The notes: generated from the sequence alone by a model not told the origin. A stretch of DNA of 64,000 nt from an uncultured Methanomassiliicoccales archaeon (GCA_964533525.1 CAZHJV010000001.1:13928-77927); one strand, 5' to 3'; shown: positions 26,921 through 35,227, counted from the first letter of the stretch. Numbers and translations are program-made.

Positions 26921-27790
26921 GTGAACAGGAAGGAGTACGGAAATGCCAAAGACAAGTTCGAGGACGCCCTGTCCAAGAACACCGGCAAGGCCGAGATGGC
27001 CAAAACGTACATCGCCCTGATCAAACTCCTCAACAACCGCGGAGATGCGGAAGCCTACAGGAATCTCATCAACTGCCTGGAGAGGTGCGGGGAGAGTTCG
27101 TTCAAATTCGGTCTCACCGACGTCGACACGGAGGAACTGAAGAACGAGTGCAACCTCTCGATAGAGGAGATCTTGGCGACTCAGATGCCCGGCTCCGACT
27201 ATATGGCCAAAGGTCAGGCCATGATCGACGTGGCGGCCAAATACGCCGGCGTGATAGGAGAGAATCCTCTCAAGATCAACGAGATCAGCACCGGCAACAC
27301 CCAGGCCACGGGTACCAGGGAATCCCTCATCCTCCAGGCCATGGCCTACGAGTGCATGGGAACCGGCATCGTGCTGAAGGACCCCAAACAGGGTTCAGAG
27401 TACATGCAGATGGCCTACAACTTCCGCAGGCAGGTGGGCGATTCCGGCGACAGGGATCTCGAACTGATGAAGTGCTATGCGAAGTCCGGCAAATGCTGGC
27501 TCTGCGGAAGGCCCGCCAACGGGGAGGGCGTCCACTTCATGGCCGTCAGAAGCACGATATCCGAGATGTTCAGGAACAGGGAGAGCTCCGACGTCATCAG
27601 AACCGCCGACGACGACTTCAGATCGATCTACATCTGCATGCCCTGCTACACCGCCGTATCCAACAGGTCCGACGAGATCTCCAAGGGCTACTACGACCAA
27701 GCCATCAGCGAGATGAGGGCCATGGAGGCGAGGCTCGAGATGGAGATCGCCTCGATCCGCACGGAGCTGACGTTCGTCAGAACGAGGTGA
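26921..27790 (+). CDS. hypothetical TPR-like / Zn-ribbon / coiled-coil protein (cluster gene 1); frame open and coding-like back to 26864
   Basis: The track start is GTG 26921. The C-terminal half carries CWLCGRP..(37 aa)..CMPC, followed by a heptad-rich tail. The in-frame upstream 57 nt read IGFKLFKSGDQLYDEAIDL with coding-type third positions. Confidence 0.7.
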   Translation: MNRKEYGNAKDKFEDALSKNTGKAEMAKTYIALIKLLNNRGDAEAYRNLINCLERCGESSFKFGLTDVDTEELKNECNLSIEEILATQMPGSDYMAKGQAMIDVAAKYAGVIGENPLKINEISTGNTQATGTRESLILQAMAYECMGTGIVLKDPKQGSEYMQMAYNFRRQVGDSGDRDLELMKCYAKSGKCWLCGRPANGEGVHFMAVRSTISEMFRNRESSDVIRTADDDFRSIYICMPCYTAVSNRSDEISKGYYDQAISEMRAMEARLEMEIASIRTELTFVRTR

Positions 27791-27804
27791 TCCGCACGGA
27801 CAGC

Positions 27805-29337
27805 ATGGTTTCCCTCAGGTGCAAATACTGCGGCGCGCCCCTCGAAGCAGACGACGTCAAGGGCGACAGCCCCTACGTCACATGTCCCAGCTGCGGTACG
27901 ACCCAGCAGAGGATCGACGCACAGGCGTACCTCGACCAGCTCATGGGACAGGTCCGCTCCTGGATCAACAAGGCCGTCCCCGGCGGACTGAGCGTCGCCC
28001 AGTCGGAGAACGTGGACAGCGTCGCAAGGCACAGCATATTCATGAACAGCGTCAAACCGAGGGTCGACATAGAGTTCGGCGAATACAAATTCGCCCTCAC
28101 CTCCCTGCTCGCCAACCCGATGCTCGTCATGCCCTTCACCGTGGACACGAAGATCAAGACGAAGCACACTCCCGCCCAGGCGTTCGAGTTCAGCGAGAAG
28201 ATGTCGGGAGTGGCCCCTCTGGCGGTGGATTCCGACAGCAAGGAACTCATCTCCACGGCGAAGAACGTCTCCGATGCCTACGCCCTGCTGATCAACAACT
28301 CCAACCTGCTCAAGGAGAACAAGGACGGAAGGTACATCCTCATGTCCAACAACTTCAGCGCGGCCGCAGAGGACTTCGGGGCCCTGAAGGACTACGAACC
28401 CGCGGCCACCCGCTTCGCCGGCCTCAGTACGGCCTGCCAGGGATGCGAAAAACTCCTCAACGGGGATGTCGCCACCGCCCTGCAGCTCTTCGGTCAGGGA
28501 AAAAGCAAACTGAACGAGGCGAAGACCCAGCTTGCCGGAAACATGAAGGTCGCCATCATGGGACAGCCCATCGCGACGGAGATCAAACAGGTCGAGACGC
28601 TCGAGGAGACGGCGAAATCCGTCTACTCCATGGGCGGCGACCCCGTCAAGGCGCTGGACAACATAAGGCGCATCTTCGAGTACAAGTTCCCTTCCGGAGG
28701 GAACTGGGGATTCATGCTCAACAACAGGGACAGGCTGACCGAGATATTCGCCAACATGACCGACGCCGTGAAGGCGAAGAGCGGAGGGTCCGTCAACATC
28801 GCACCCGGCGACGGGGACATACTCATCCCGTTCTGGCACATCGACCTCAGGTACAGTTTCCAGACGGGTTCCCTCTGGAAGAAGAAGGCCGTCGAGGTCA
28901 GCGAGGACCTCCTGATCCCCGCCGACTTCGTGATAGACGAGGCCTGCCTGAACAACCCCCGTTCCGCGGTCACAGACGTATTCAGCATCAGGACCAAGGA
29001 TGGTGCCTTCGCGGGCATCCTAGGGAACGAGAAATCGATCAGCAACGGTTCCGGGATCTCCGACATCGTATCGAGCGCGGCCCCCAACTCCATCGGAAGC
29101 AGGGCCGCCGTGGTGCCTCTCAGCACCGAAAAGGAAGCCGAGCGCCTCGCCGAACAGTACGTGAGCGCCGTGGCCTCCGCCGAATCCAAACTCAAACTCA
29201 GCAACCCGGACGTGGACAAACTCATTTACATCCCGTTCAGAAGATCCGGCAACCGCCTGACGGCGCCGTCCAGCTTCGGACAGCTCGTCCCCGGCAGGAT
29301 CGGACGCACGGACCTGGACGAACTGATCATCATCTGA
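27805..29337 (+). CDS. hypothetical 510-aa protein with N-terminal Zn-ribbon (cluster gene 2)
   Basis: MVSLRCKYCGAPLEADDVKGDSPYVTCPSCG, then helical and beta regions. This is the real C-terminal part of track ORF 27085..29337. ATG 27805 lies 14 nt after the gene 1 stop. Confidence 0.75.
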   Translation: MVSLRCKYCGAPLEADDVKGDSPYVTCPSCGTTQQRIDAQAYLDQLMGQVRSWINKAVPGGLSVAQSENVDSVARHSIFMNSVKPRVDIEFGEYKFALTSLLANPMLVMPFTVDTKIKTKHTPAQAFEFSEKMSGVAPLAVDSDSKELISTAKNVSDAYALLINNSNLLKENKDGRYILMSNNFSAAAEDFGALKDYEPAATRFAGLSTACQGCEKLLNGDVATALQLFGQGKSKLNEAKTQLAGNMKVAIMGQPIATEIKQVETLEETAKSVYSMGGDPVKALDNIRRIFEYKFPSGGNWGFMLNNRDRLTEIFANMTDAVKAKSGGSVNIAPGDGDILIPFWHIDLRYSFQTGSLWKKKAVEVSEDLLIPADFVIDEACLNNPRSAVTDVFSIRTKDGAFAGILGNEKSISNGSGISDIVSSAAPNSIGSRAAVVPLSTEKEAERLAEQYVSAVASAESKLKLSNPDVDKLIYIPFRRSGNRLTAPSSFGQLVPGRIGRTDLDELIII

Positions 29338-29363
29338 TAATTCAACGAAAGGAAGGGATTGAA

Positions 29364-29744
29364 ATGGTAGACAACCAAGGAAACGCATACAGGACGAGAG
29401 GCGTCATAATGGCGGCCGTTGCGCTCATCGGCATAGCCATATGCGCAGTCCTCTACGGAGTGGCCGGAGTGGACCTCCTCACGGTATTCGGAGCATTCCT
29501 CGTCATCATCGGCGCGGACCTGTTCCTCGTCGGGGCGACCTACAGCTCCGCACCCGACAAATTCGGACCCTCCGAGCAGATGTACAGAGTGGCAGTCGGT
29601 CTCCTGGTGGCCGTCATCGGCATAGCCGTGATCCTCATCGGACTCGACGTGAACATGTGGGTGGCCGTCGCCGTGGTGATCGTCGGAATCGCACTGATCG
29701 GTCTCGCCACCGGACTCATAAACAGCAAGAAATCCAAATTCTGA
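29364..29744 (+). CDS. small integral membrane protein, about 4 TM (cluster gene 3)
   Basis: MVDNQGNAYRTRGVIMAAVALIGIAICAVLYGV..VAVAVVIVGIALIGLATGLINSKKSKF. It is the 3' end of spurious track ORF 27819..29744. Confidence 0.7.
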   Translation: MVDNQGNAYRTRGVIMAAVALIGIAICAVLYGVAGVDLLTVFGAFLVIIGADLFLVGATYSSAPDKFGPSEQMYRVAVGLLVAVIGIAVILIGLDVNMWVAVAVVIVGIALIGLATGLINSKKSKF

Positions 29745-29756
29745 GGGTGAAGGCAA

Positions 29757-30302
29757 ATGGCTAACACACTGGAAAACAACGTAGAAGGCCAGATGGCCAA
29801 GAACAGGTCCCTCGTCGAGAGGATCGCGATGTACATCCCGTTCTACAGGGGCTACAAGCAGAAGAACCTCCGCAGGGACGAAGACAGGGCGATCAGAGAC
29901 GTCGTGGCCAAGGAACTGATGAACGTGAAGACCGACCTGTCCAACGCATCCCGCGCCGCCGTCGGCGACCTCGATGCCATGAGGGACGCCGAGAGGATCA
30001 AGGCGAAGGTCGACAGGTACTACGTGGACGTCAAGAAGGCCGCGGCCGGATACAGCGCATTCCACGACTCCGTGAAGATCATGGAGACGGAACTCGACAA
30101 CATCATCTCCTGGGACGCCCAGCTGATCGACGGCGTACAGAGCCTCAAGACATCATCCGCGGAACTCGTACAGTACGCGGACACCGGCGATAACATCAGG
30201 CCGGCCCTCCGCGCCGTGGAGAAGGAGATAGATGCGCTGATCGAGGCCTACAACCAGAGAGAGAACATCATGAAAGGCTTCGTCGACGGAGAGAAGGAGT
30301 GA
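29757..30302 (+). CDS. hypothetical coiled-coil protein, 181 aa (cluster gene 4)
   Basis: All-helical, heptad-rich sequence with no TM segment. ATG lies 12 nt after the gene 3 stop, and the stop overlaps or abuts the gene 5 start. Confidence 0.7.
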   Translation: MANTLENNVEGQMAKNRSLVERIAMYIPFYRGYKQKNLRRDEDRAIRDVVAKELMNVKTDLSNASRAAVGDLDAMRDAERIKAKVDRYYVDVKKAAAGYSAFHDSVKIMETELDNIISWDAQLIDGVQSLKTSSAELVQYADTGDNIRPALRAVEKEIDALIEAYNQRENIMKGFVDGEKE

Positions 30303-30307
30303 TTCCA

Positions 30308-31411
30308 ATGGCAGAAAAGAAACAGAACGTCGTATTCTGGAAAGACCAGGGGCCGGATGACATCATCTACGTGTCCCCCGATGACGACCTGAGGACCATC
30401 ACCTCCGTCACCGTACCCGAACACGCCGTCGCCCTGTTCGTCAGGGACGGCCAGCTGCAGGGGGTCCTGGAGCCCGGAAGGCATGTGGTCACCAGCGCCA
30501 ACATCCCCTGGCTCACCACCCTCTACAACAAGGCCCTCGGATTCAGGGAGACCCCCTTCAAATGCTCCGTGATCTTCATCTCGCTGAAGATCTTCAACGG
30601 AAAGTGGGGCCTCAGATCCATGATCAAGGCGGCCAAGGAATACGAGGTGCCCATAACCCTCATGGCGAACGGGGACTTCCAGTTCCGCATCCAGGATGTC
30701 AACGTGTTCTACACCCAGGTCCTGGGAGGAATGAAGAGCTACACGACCGGCGACGTGAACCAGTTCATGAAGAGCTTCATCACGGAACAGCTGATCCAGC
30801 AGCTCAACACCCAGTACTATATGGATGTCATGGGCAACCTGGAGAAGGCCTCCACCTCCACCAAGATCCTCATCGACCCCTACTTCCAGCAGAGAGGAAT
30901 CGAACTGCTGGCACTGAAGATCAACGAGGTCTCCACCACCGAGGAGGAGAAGACCAAGGTGTTCGAGTACCTCCAGTTCAGCAGCGCCAACGGAGAGGCC
31001 TTCAAGAGATACGAGGTCATGGACCGTATGGCGGATGCCATCGGAGATTCCCAGGGAGGTGCGGCCATGGGTGCAGGAATGCTCCTGTTCCCGCAGATGT
31101 ACCAGCAGCTCAGCCAGCAGCCAGTCCAGGGAGTGCAGCAGCAGGCGGCGCAGCCCCAGGCCCAGAAGGTCATGTGCCCGTTCTGCGGCGGTCTCAACGA
31201 CTATCCGTACAAGTTCTGCGGGAACTGCGGAAAGCCCTCCCCCATGATGCAGAACCAGCAGCAGGCCGCGGCACCCGCCGCACAGCCCGCTGCGGCGGCT
31301 CCCGCCGCCGGCGGAGCGGTCTTCAAGATCTGCCCCTACTGCGGACAGGACCTCAGCGGTCTGAAGAAGACCCCCAAGTTCTGCCCCTACTGCTCCGAGC
31401 AGCTTCAGTAA
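30308..31411 (+). CDS. SPFH/Band-7 superfamily protein with C-terminal double Zn-ribbons (COG4260 / YdjI-like) (cluster gene 5)
   Basis: VVFWKDQGPDDIIYVSP..VPEHAVALFVRDGQLQGVLEPGRH..FKCSVIFISLKIFNGKWG fits the YdjI-type SPFH pattern. A Q/A-rich linker follows, then CPFCGGLNDYPYKFCGNCG and CPYCGQDLSGLKKTPKFCPYC. AAGGAG lies 8 nt before ATG 30308; the track start GTG 30299 overlaps the upstream stop. Confidence 0.8.
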   Translation: MAEKKQNVVFWKDQGPDDIIYVSPDDDLRTITSVTVPEHAVALFVRDGQLQGVLEPGRHVVTSANIPWLTTLYNKALGFRETPFKCSVIFISLKIFNGKWGLRSMIKAAKEYEVPITLMANGDFQFRIQDVNVFYTQVLGGMKSYTTGDVNQFMKSFITEQLIQQLNTQYYMDVMGNLEKASTSTKILIDPYFQQRGIELLALKINEVSTTEEEKTKVFEYLQFSSANGEAFKRYEVMDRMADAIGDSQGGAAMGAGMLLFPQMYQQLSQQPVQGVQQQAAQPQAQKVMCPFCGGLNDYPYKFCGNCGKPSPMMQNQQQAAAPAAQPAAAAPAAGGAVFKICPYCGQDLSGLKKTPKFCPYCSEQLQ

Positions 31412-31421
31412 ACCCTTCAAA

Positions 31422-31452
31422 CCCGGGCTCCGGCCCGGGACCTTATCTTTTT
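31422..31452 (+). terminator. hairpin plus T-tract closing the five-gene cluster
   Basis: CCCGGGC-TCCG-GCCCGGG (7 bp), followed by ACCTTATCTTTTTCC. Confidence 0.5.
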
Positions 31453-31514
31453 CCGATATGTTTTTACGCCCGTCCCGAGTGGTACGGCCCAAGGTGTTCT
31501 CCGTGGACAGGATC

Positions 31515-32321
31515 ATGTTATCGGTCATAGACCTCGCCGTCAAGGCGGGGGAGATGGTTCTATGCGACTCCGGATTCGAAGTGAGGAACAAAGGGACCAA
31601 GGAGAACTACGTGACCTCCACCGACGTCAAGGTGCAGGAATACCTGCGGAGGGAACTCACCGCACTCATCCCGGGATCGTACTTCATGGGGGAAGAAGGG
31701 GACCTCCCTGAAGAGGATGACAGACTCCGCGGCAGCGACCGGTGGATATGGATCGTAGACCCCATCGACGGGACCGCCAACTATGCCAGGGGAATGGAAA
31801 ACTCCGTCGTCTCCATCGCCCTCGTGCGGTACGGGAAAGTGGTCCTCGGGACCGTACGCCACCCGTACCTCGACATGACCTTCCATGCGCAGGAAGGCAT
31901 GGGTGCATACATGAACGGGGAGAGGATCCATGTCTCCGACAGGGATCTGGCACATTCGATGTTCGCGACCGCGTGGTCCGCATACAACAAGAGCCGGGCC
32001 CATCAGTGCTTCCGCATATCGGAGAGACTGTACGGCGAATGCGAAGACATCAGGAGGACCGGCACGGCCGCCTTCGAACTCTGCATGCTCGCCAAAGGCG
32101 CCATAGACATCTACTTCGAGATCAACCTCGCACCGTGGGACTACGCCGCCGCCTCGCTCATCGTGAAGGAGGCAGGGGGGTTCACCGCATCCCTGAAGGG
32201 AGACCTCGACCTCTACGCCCAGGGAACTGCCATGGCCGGCAACACGGAAGAGAATCTGGAACATGTGAAGGCCGTGGTCTCGGAGGAACTCTCGAAATCC
32301 GAAAACAGCAGGTCCGACTGA
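31515..32321 (+). CDS. inositol monophosphatase family protein (paralog 2)
   Basis: FMGEEG, WIVDPIDGTANY and WDYAAASLIV motifs. The track ORF starts at 31458, but the family-typical N-terminus is MLSVIDLAVKAGE (ATG 31515). Confidence 0.9.
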   Translation: MLSVIDLAVKAGEMVLCDSGFEVRNKGTKENYVTSTDVKVQEYLRRELTALIPGSYFMGEEGDLPEEDDRLRGSDRWIWIVDPIDGTANYARGMENSVVSIALVRYGKVVLGTVRHPYLDMTFHAQEGMGAYMNGERIHVSDRDLAHSMFATAWSAYNKSRAHQCFRISERLYGECEDIRRTGTAAFELCMLAKGAIDIYFEINLAPWDYAAASLIVKEAGGFTASLKGDLDLYAQGTAMAGNTEENLEHVKAVVSEELSKSENSRSD

Positions 32322-32385
32322 AGTTTTCATCAATCCCATTACGATTTTCGCAGTAAATCGCCGTTAATCGTACGAAGATAGATTA

Positions 32386-32392
32386 TTTATAT
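32386..32392 (+). promoter_or_regulatory. TATA-box candidate in the 388-bp spacer after IMPase 2
   Basis: TTTATAT is followed about 25 nt later by GGAGG (32417-21) and a short coding-like frame (see findings). Confidence 0.35.
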
Positions 32393-32709
32393 CATAAATT
32401 CGATGTATACATCACAGGAGGCGCAAAACCATAGGCAAAAAGAATACGTCGGAATTCCGCGGAGAGAAGTATATCGTTCTGAAGCTCACCGCCATGAGCG
32501 ACGCAGGGCCAGTTGGCGCGTCTGTGTGCGGAAGTTTCTAAGCGGTCAACTCAGGTCTCTCTGACGCGGCCAAACCCCTTAGCCTCTCAGGCATTTTTGC
32601 GACTGCATTGTATAATTCCCAGGTTCGGTTTTTGTGATTTCCGGGCAGCCGGCATCTGTCCGCAGAACCGCTTCAAATCCCCGAACCCGATGTGCCAGAC
32701 ATCATGAAA

Positions 32710-33219
32710 TCATTCGATTTTCTCCCTGCAGTACGATGCGGCGTATGCAACCGCCATCATCGCCAGAAGGCCGGGGATCAGAGGGAATATCATGAACTGC
32801 CAATCGGTGATCTGACTTATCGCGACCGTCAGCGCCGTCGCTCCTGCGGGCGGATGGACGGTGCCGGTGCACATCATAAGGACTATCGAAACGGATACGC
32901 AGAGTCCGCAGACGATCCAATGGCATCCGTCCAGGACACCGGCATATGAGAACAGGGTAACTATGGCCAGCGAGACCGCCGCCGAGAAGACGTGCCCGAA
33001 AAAGACATTCTTCGGCTTGGAGAACGGGGCCTTCGGCGCGGCATAGATCAGGACGGCGGTGGAACCGAAGGATGCGACTATGAACTGGCTGCGTGTACCT
33101 TCGACGGTCAGATATTGGTCGGTGAACGCCAGGACGGCGATCCCGATGAAGGAGAAGACCGCCGCTGTGAGGAATGCGGCACGGGAATAGTTTTCAGATG
33201 CTTTGAACGGGTTGTCCAT
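32710..33219 (-). CDS. HPP family membrane protein
   Basis: The signature GTVHPPAGATAL (HPP motif) in a 169-aa, about 4-TM protein. Confidence 0.85.
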   Translation of the reverse strand: MDNPFKASENYSRAAFLTAAVFSFIGIAVLAFTDQYLTVEGTRSQFIVASFGSTAVLIYAAPKAPFSKPKNVFFGHVFSAAVSLAIVTLFSYAGVLDGCHWIVCGLCVSVSIVLMMCTGTVHPPAGATALTVAISQITDWQFMIFPLIPGLLAMMAVAYAASYCREKIE

Positions 33220-33261
33220 CGGGTATCATCAGACAGGGTGCGGACTCCTGAGAGGTTTATA

Positions 33262-33277
33262 TTTTCTGCGCAGAAAA
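33262..33277. promoter_or_regulatory. perfect 16-nt palindrome abutting a TATA element
   Basis: TTTTCTGCGCAGAAAA lies directly next to GGTTTATAT (33255-62) in the HPP/apt divergent spacer. Confidence 0.4.
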
Positions 33278-33454
33278 AACTCTGAAGACACGGAAATCCA
33301 ACGGTTCGCCCGCAGTCGGAGCGTTCGATATTTAACCCGAGGGAATTCCGGGGAAAAACGGCCTGAATAGACGGATGTCCGATCAGGGCTCGGAGATTCA
33401 ACACGGTCTATTTTTGTAACAACCTATAAGACTGACCTGTATGTTTTCAGACGT

Positions 33455-33985
33455 ATGGCAGAAGACCTCGAGAAGTACGTCACGACCATACCTGATTTCC
33501 CTCAGCCCGGAGTCATGTTCAGAGACATCACCACCATCATCTCCAACCCCGACGGCCTCAGGCTCGCCGTGGACGGACTGTGCGACATGGTGAAGGACAT
33601 GGACGTCGACATCGTGGTCGGCTCCGAATCCAGAGGATTCGTCTTCGGAACCCCCGTGGCCTACAAACTCGGCAAAGGCTTCGTTATGGCGAGGAAGAAA
33701 GGCAAACTTCCCCGCGAGACCGTGTCGGAGACCTACGACCTCGAGTACGGCACCGCCACCCTGGAGATGCACAAGGACAGCATCAAACCGGGGATGAAGG
33801 TGTTCCTGGTGGACGATCTCGTCGCCACCGGCGGAACCACCGCCGCCATCATCAAGATGGTGGAGAAACTCGGCGGAAAAGTCGTCAAGATCGGATTCGT
33901 CCTCGAACTCGCCGGATTCGACGCCAAGAACAAGGTACTCAAAGGTTACGACGTAGAGAGCCTTCTCTCCTATCCCGGCGCCTGA
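33455..33985 (+). CDS. apt: adenine phosphoribosyltransferase
   Basis: IPDFPQPGVMFRDIT, ESRGFVFG and the PRPP motif VFLVDDLVATGGT. 176 aa. Confidence 0.95.
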   Translation: MAEDLEKYVTTIPDFPQPGVMFRDITTIISNPDGLRLAVDGLCDMVKDMDVDIVVGSESRGFVFGTPVAYKLGKGFVMARKKGKLPRETVSETYDLEYGTATLEMHKDSIKPGMKVFLVDDLVATGGTTAAIIKMVEKLGGKVVKIGFVLELAGFDAKNKVLKGYDVESLLSYPGA

Positions 33986-34001
33986 AAGGCCCGGATACGG
34001 A

Positions 34002-34079
34002 TGGAGGGCGTGCCGGGATTCGAACCCGGGTTGTCAGCTCCGAAGGCTGATAGGATCGTCCTGGCTACCACACACGCCC
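34002..34079 (-). tRNA. tRNA-Arg (anticodon TCG), CCA encoded
   Basis: The reverse complement reads GGGCGTG..TCAGC-CTTCGGA-GCTGA..GGGTTCGAATCCCGG-CACGCCC-T-CCA. Confidence 0.9.
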
Positions 34080-34169
34080 GTCCGCACCATCGTCGGCGCT
34101 CTATTAATTATGATTGGACGGGCGGCCCTCTCAATACCCTTTAATCAAACCTATCCGATTACCGTCGCA

Positions 34170-35216
34170 ATGTCAAAGGTTGTAATGAACGACGGTGCGG
34201 GCGGAGAACTCATGCAGGAGTTCATCTCGAAGCACATCACCGGCCATTTCCCCAAAATGGAGTCGGAGATCCCGCTGGACGCATTGGATGATTCCGCGGT
34301 GGTCGACGACGTCGTATTCACCATCGACGGACATACCGTCAACCCCCTGTTCTTCCCCGGAGGCGACATCGGAAGGATCGCCGTCTCCGGAACCGTGAAC
34401 GACATCTCCGTCATGGGTGCGAAACCCATCGGGATCGCCAGTTCCGTCATCCTCGAGGAAGGACTCGATTCCGACACCGTCGACAGGGTCATGAAGAGCA
34501 TGGGCGCCACCGCCGGGGAGGCGGGCGTCCCCGTCGTCACGGGCGACACGAAAGTCATGGGTGCGGGCGAGATCGACAAGATGGTCATCACCACCGCGGC
34601 GATCGGGAAGAGGCCCGACTACCTCGACCACGATATGGAAGTGGCCAATTCCTACAGGAAGGTGGACAGCAGATGGTGCTCCGATTCCAACACCCGTCCC
34701 GGAGACGTCATCATCGTCTCCGGATACATGGGAGACCACGGCATAGCCCTCCTCTCGTTCAGGGAAGGATACGGGTTCGACAGTGTCATAGAATCGGACG
34801 TGCAGCCTCTCAACAAAATGATCGAGAAGGGTCTCCGCGCCGGAGGCATCGTGGCGATGAAGGATCCGACCAGGGGAGGACTTGCGAACACCCTCAACGA
34901 GTGGGCCGAGAAATCGAAGTGCCAGCTCGAGATAGATGAAGCGAACATCCCCCTGAGGGACGGCGTGGTCAGCGCCTGCGAACTGCTCGGGATCGAACCC
35001 CTCAACATAGGTAACGAGGGCAAGTGCGTGATCTCCGTCGTCCCGGAGATGGCGGAGGAGGTCCTGAAGGCCATCAGGTCCACTCCCGAGGGAAAGGACG
35101 CGGCCATCATCGGAAAAGCGTCCGAAGGACCCGCAAGGGTCATCCTGCGCACCGAGGTCGGCGGAAGGAGGATCCTCGAACCTCCGTCCGGAGACCCCGT
35201 CCCCAGGATCTGCTGA
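34170..35216 (+). CDS. hypE: hydrogenase maturation protein HypE
   Basis: AIR-synthase-like fold motifs (DDSAV, GGDIGRIAVSGTVNDISVMGA, TGDTKV) and the diagnostic C-terminal PRIC. The start is taken at MSKVVMNDGAGG rather than the track start 34110. Confidence 0.92.
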   Translation: MSKVVMNDGAGGELMQEFISKHITGHFPKMESEIPLDALDDSAVVDDVVFTIDGHTVNPLFFPGGDIGRIAVSGTVNDISVMGAKPIGIASSVILEEGLDSDTVDRVMKSMGATAGEAGVPVVTGDTKVMGAGEIDKMVITTAAIGKRPDYLDHDMEVANSYRKVDSRWCSDSNTRPGDVIIVSGYMGDHGIALLSFREGYGFDSVIESDVQPLNKMIEKGLRAGGIVAMKDPTRGGLANTLNEWAEKSKCQLEIDEANIPLRDGVVSACELLGIEPLNIGNEGKCVISVVPEMAEEVLKAIRSTPEGKDAAIIGKASEGPARVILRTEVGGRRILEPPSGDPVPRIC

Positions 35217-35227
35217 AACTTTTCAAA

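Noticed and set aside
27085-29744. 750-aa (27085..29337) and 641-aa (27819..29744) ORFs taken at face value
   Set aside because: Only the downstream parts are real: 27805..29337 and 29364..29744. The upstream parts overlap the preceding genes out of frame and translate to Arg/Gly/His-rich sequence. Internal ATGs with short spacers after the preceding stops give sensible N-termini (a Zn-ribbon and a TM protein).
29757-30302. Calling the 181-aa coiled-coil protein PspA/Vipp1/ESCRT-III
   Set aside because: Context next to a YdjI-like SPFH gene suggests it. However, the N-terminus (MANTLENNVEGQMAKNRSLVERIAMYIPFYRGY) does not match the PspA N-terminal amphipathic helix or any PspA motif I can recall. 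I left it as a hypothetical coiled coil pending profile or structure searches.
32513-32707. 64-aa TTG-initiated ORF in the IMPase2/HPP spacer
   Set aside because: It has a weak start, reads through terminator-like T-runs and hairpins, and has non-coding-like composition. The shorter upstream frame at 32431-32541 is the better, though still speculative, candidate.
26472-32709. RNase P RNA or SRP RNA hidden in the large spacers (26472-26920, 32322-32709)
   Set aside because: I could not find the universally conserved RNase P motifs (GGAAAGUCC, ACAGAAA) or the SRP helix-8 motif in either spacer.
33285-33454. Possible purine riboswitch in the long region upstream of apt
   Set aside because: The sequence shows none of the conserved purine-riboswitch core (no UAUA..UGG..CCGUAAA-like junction). 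This class is not known in archaea. A nearer TATA-like CCTATAAG lies about 30 nt before the apt ATG.
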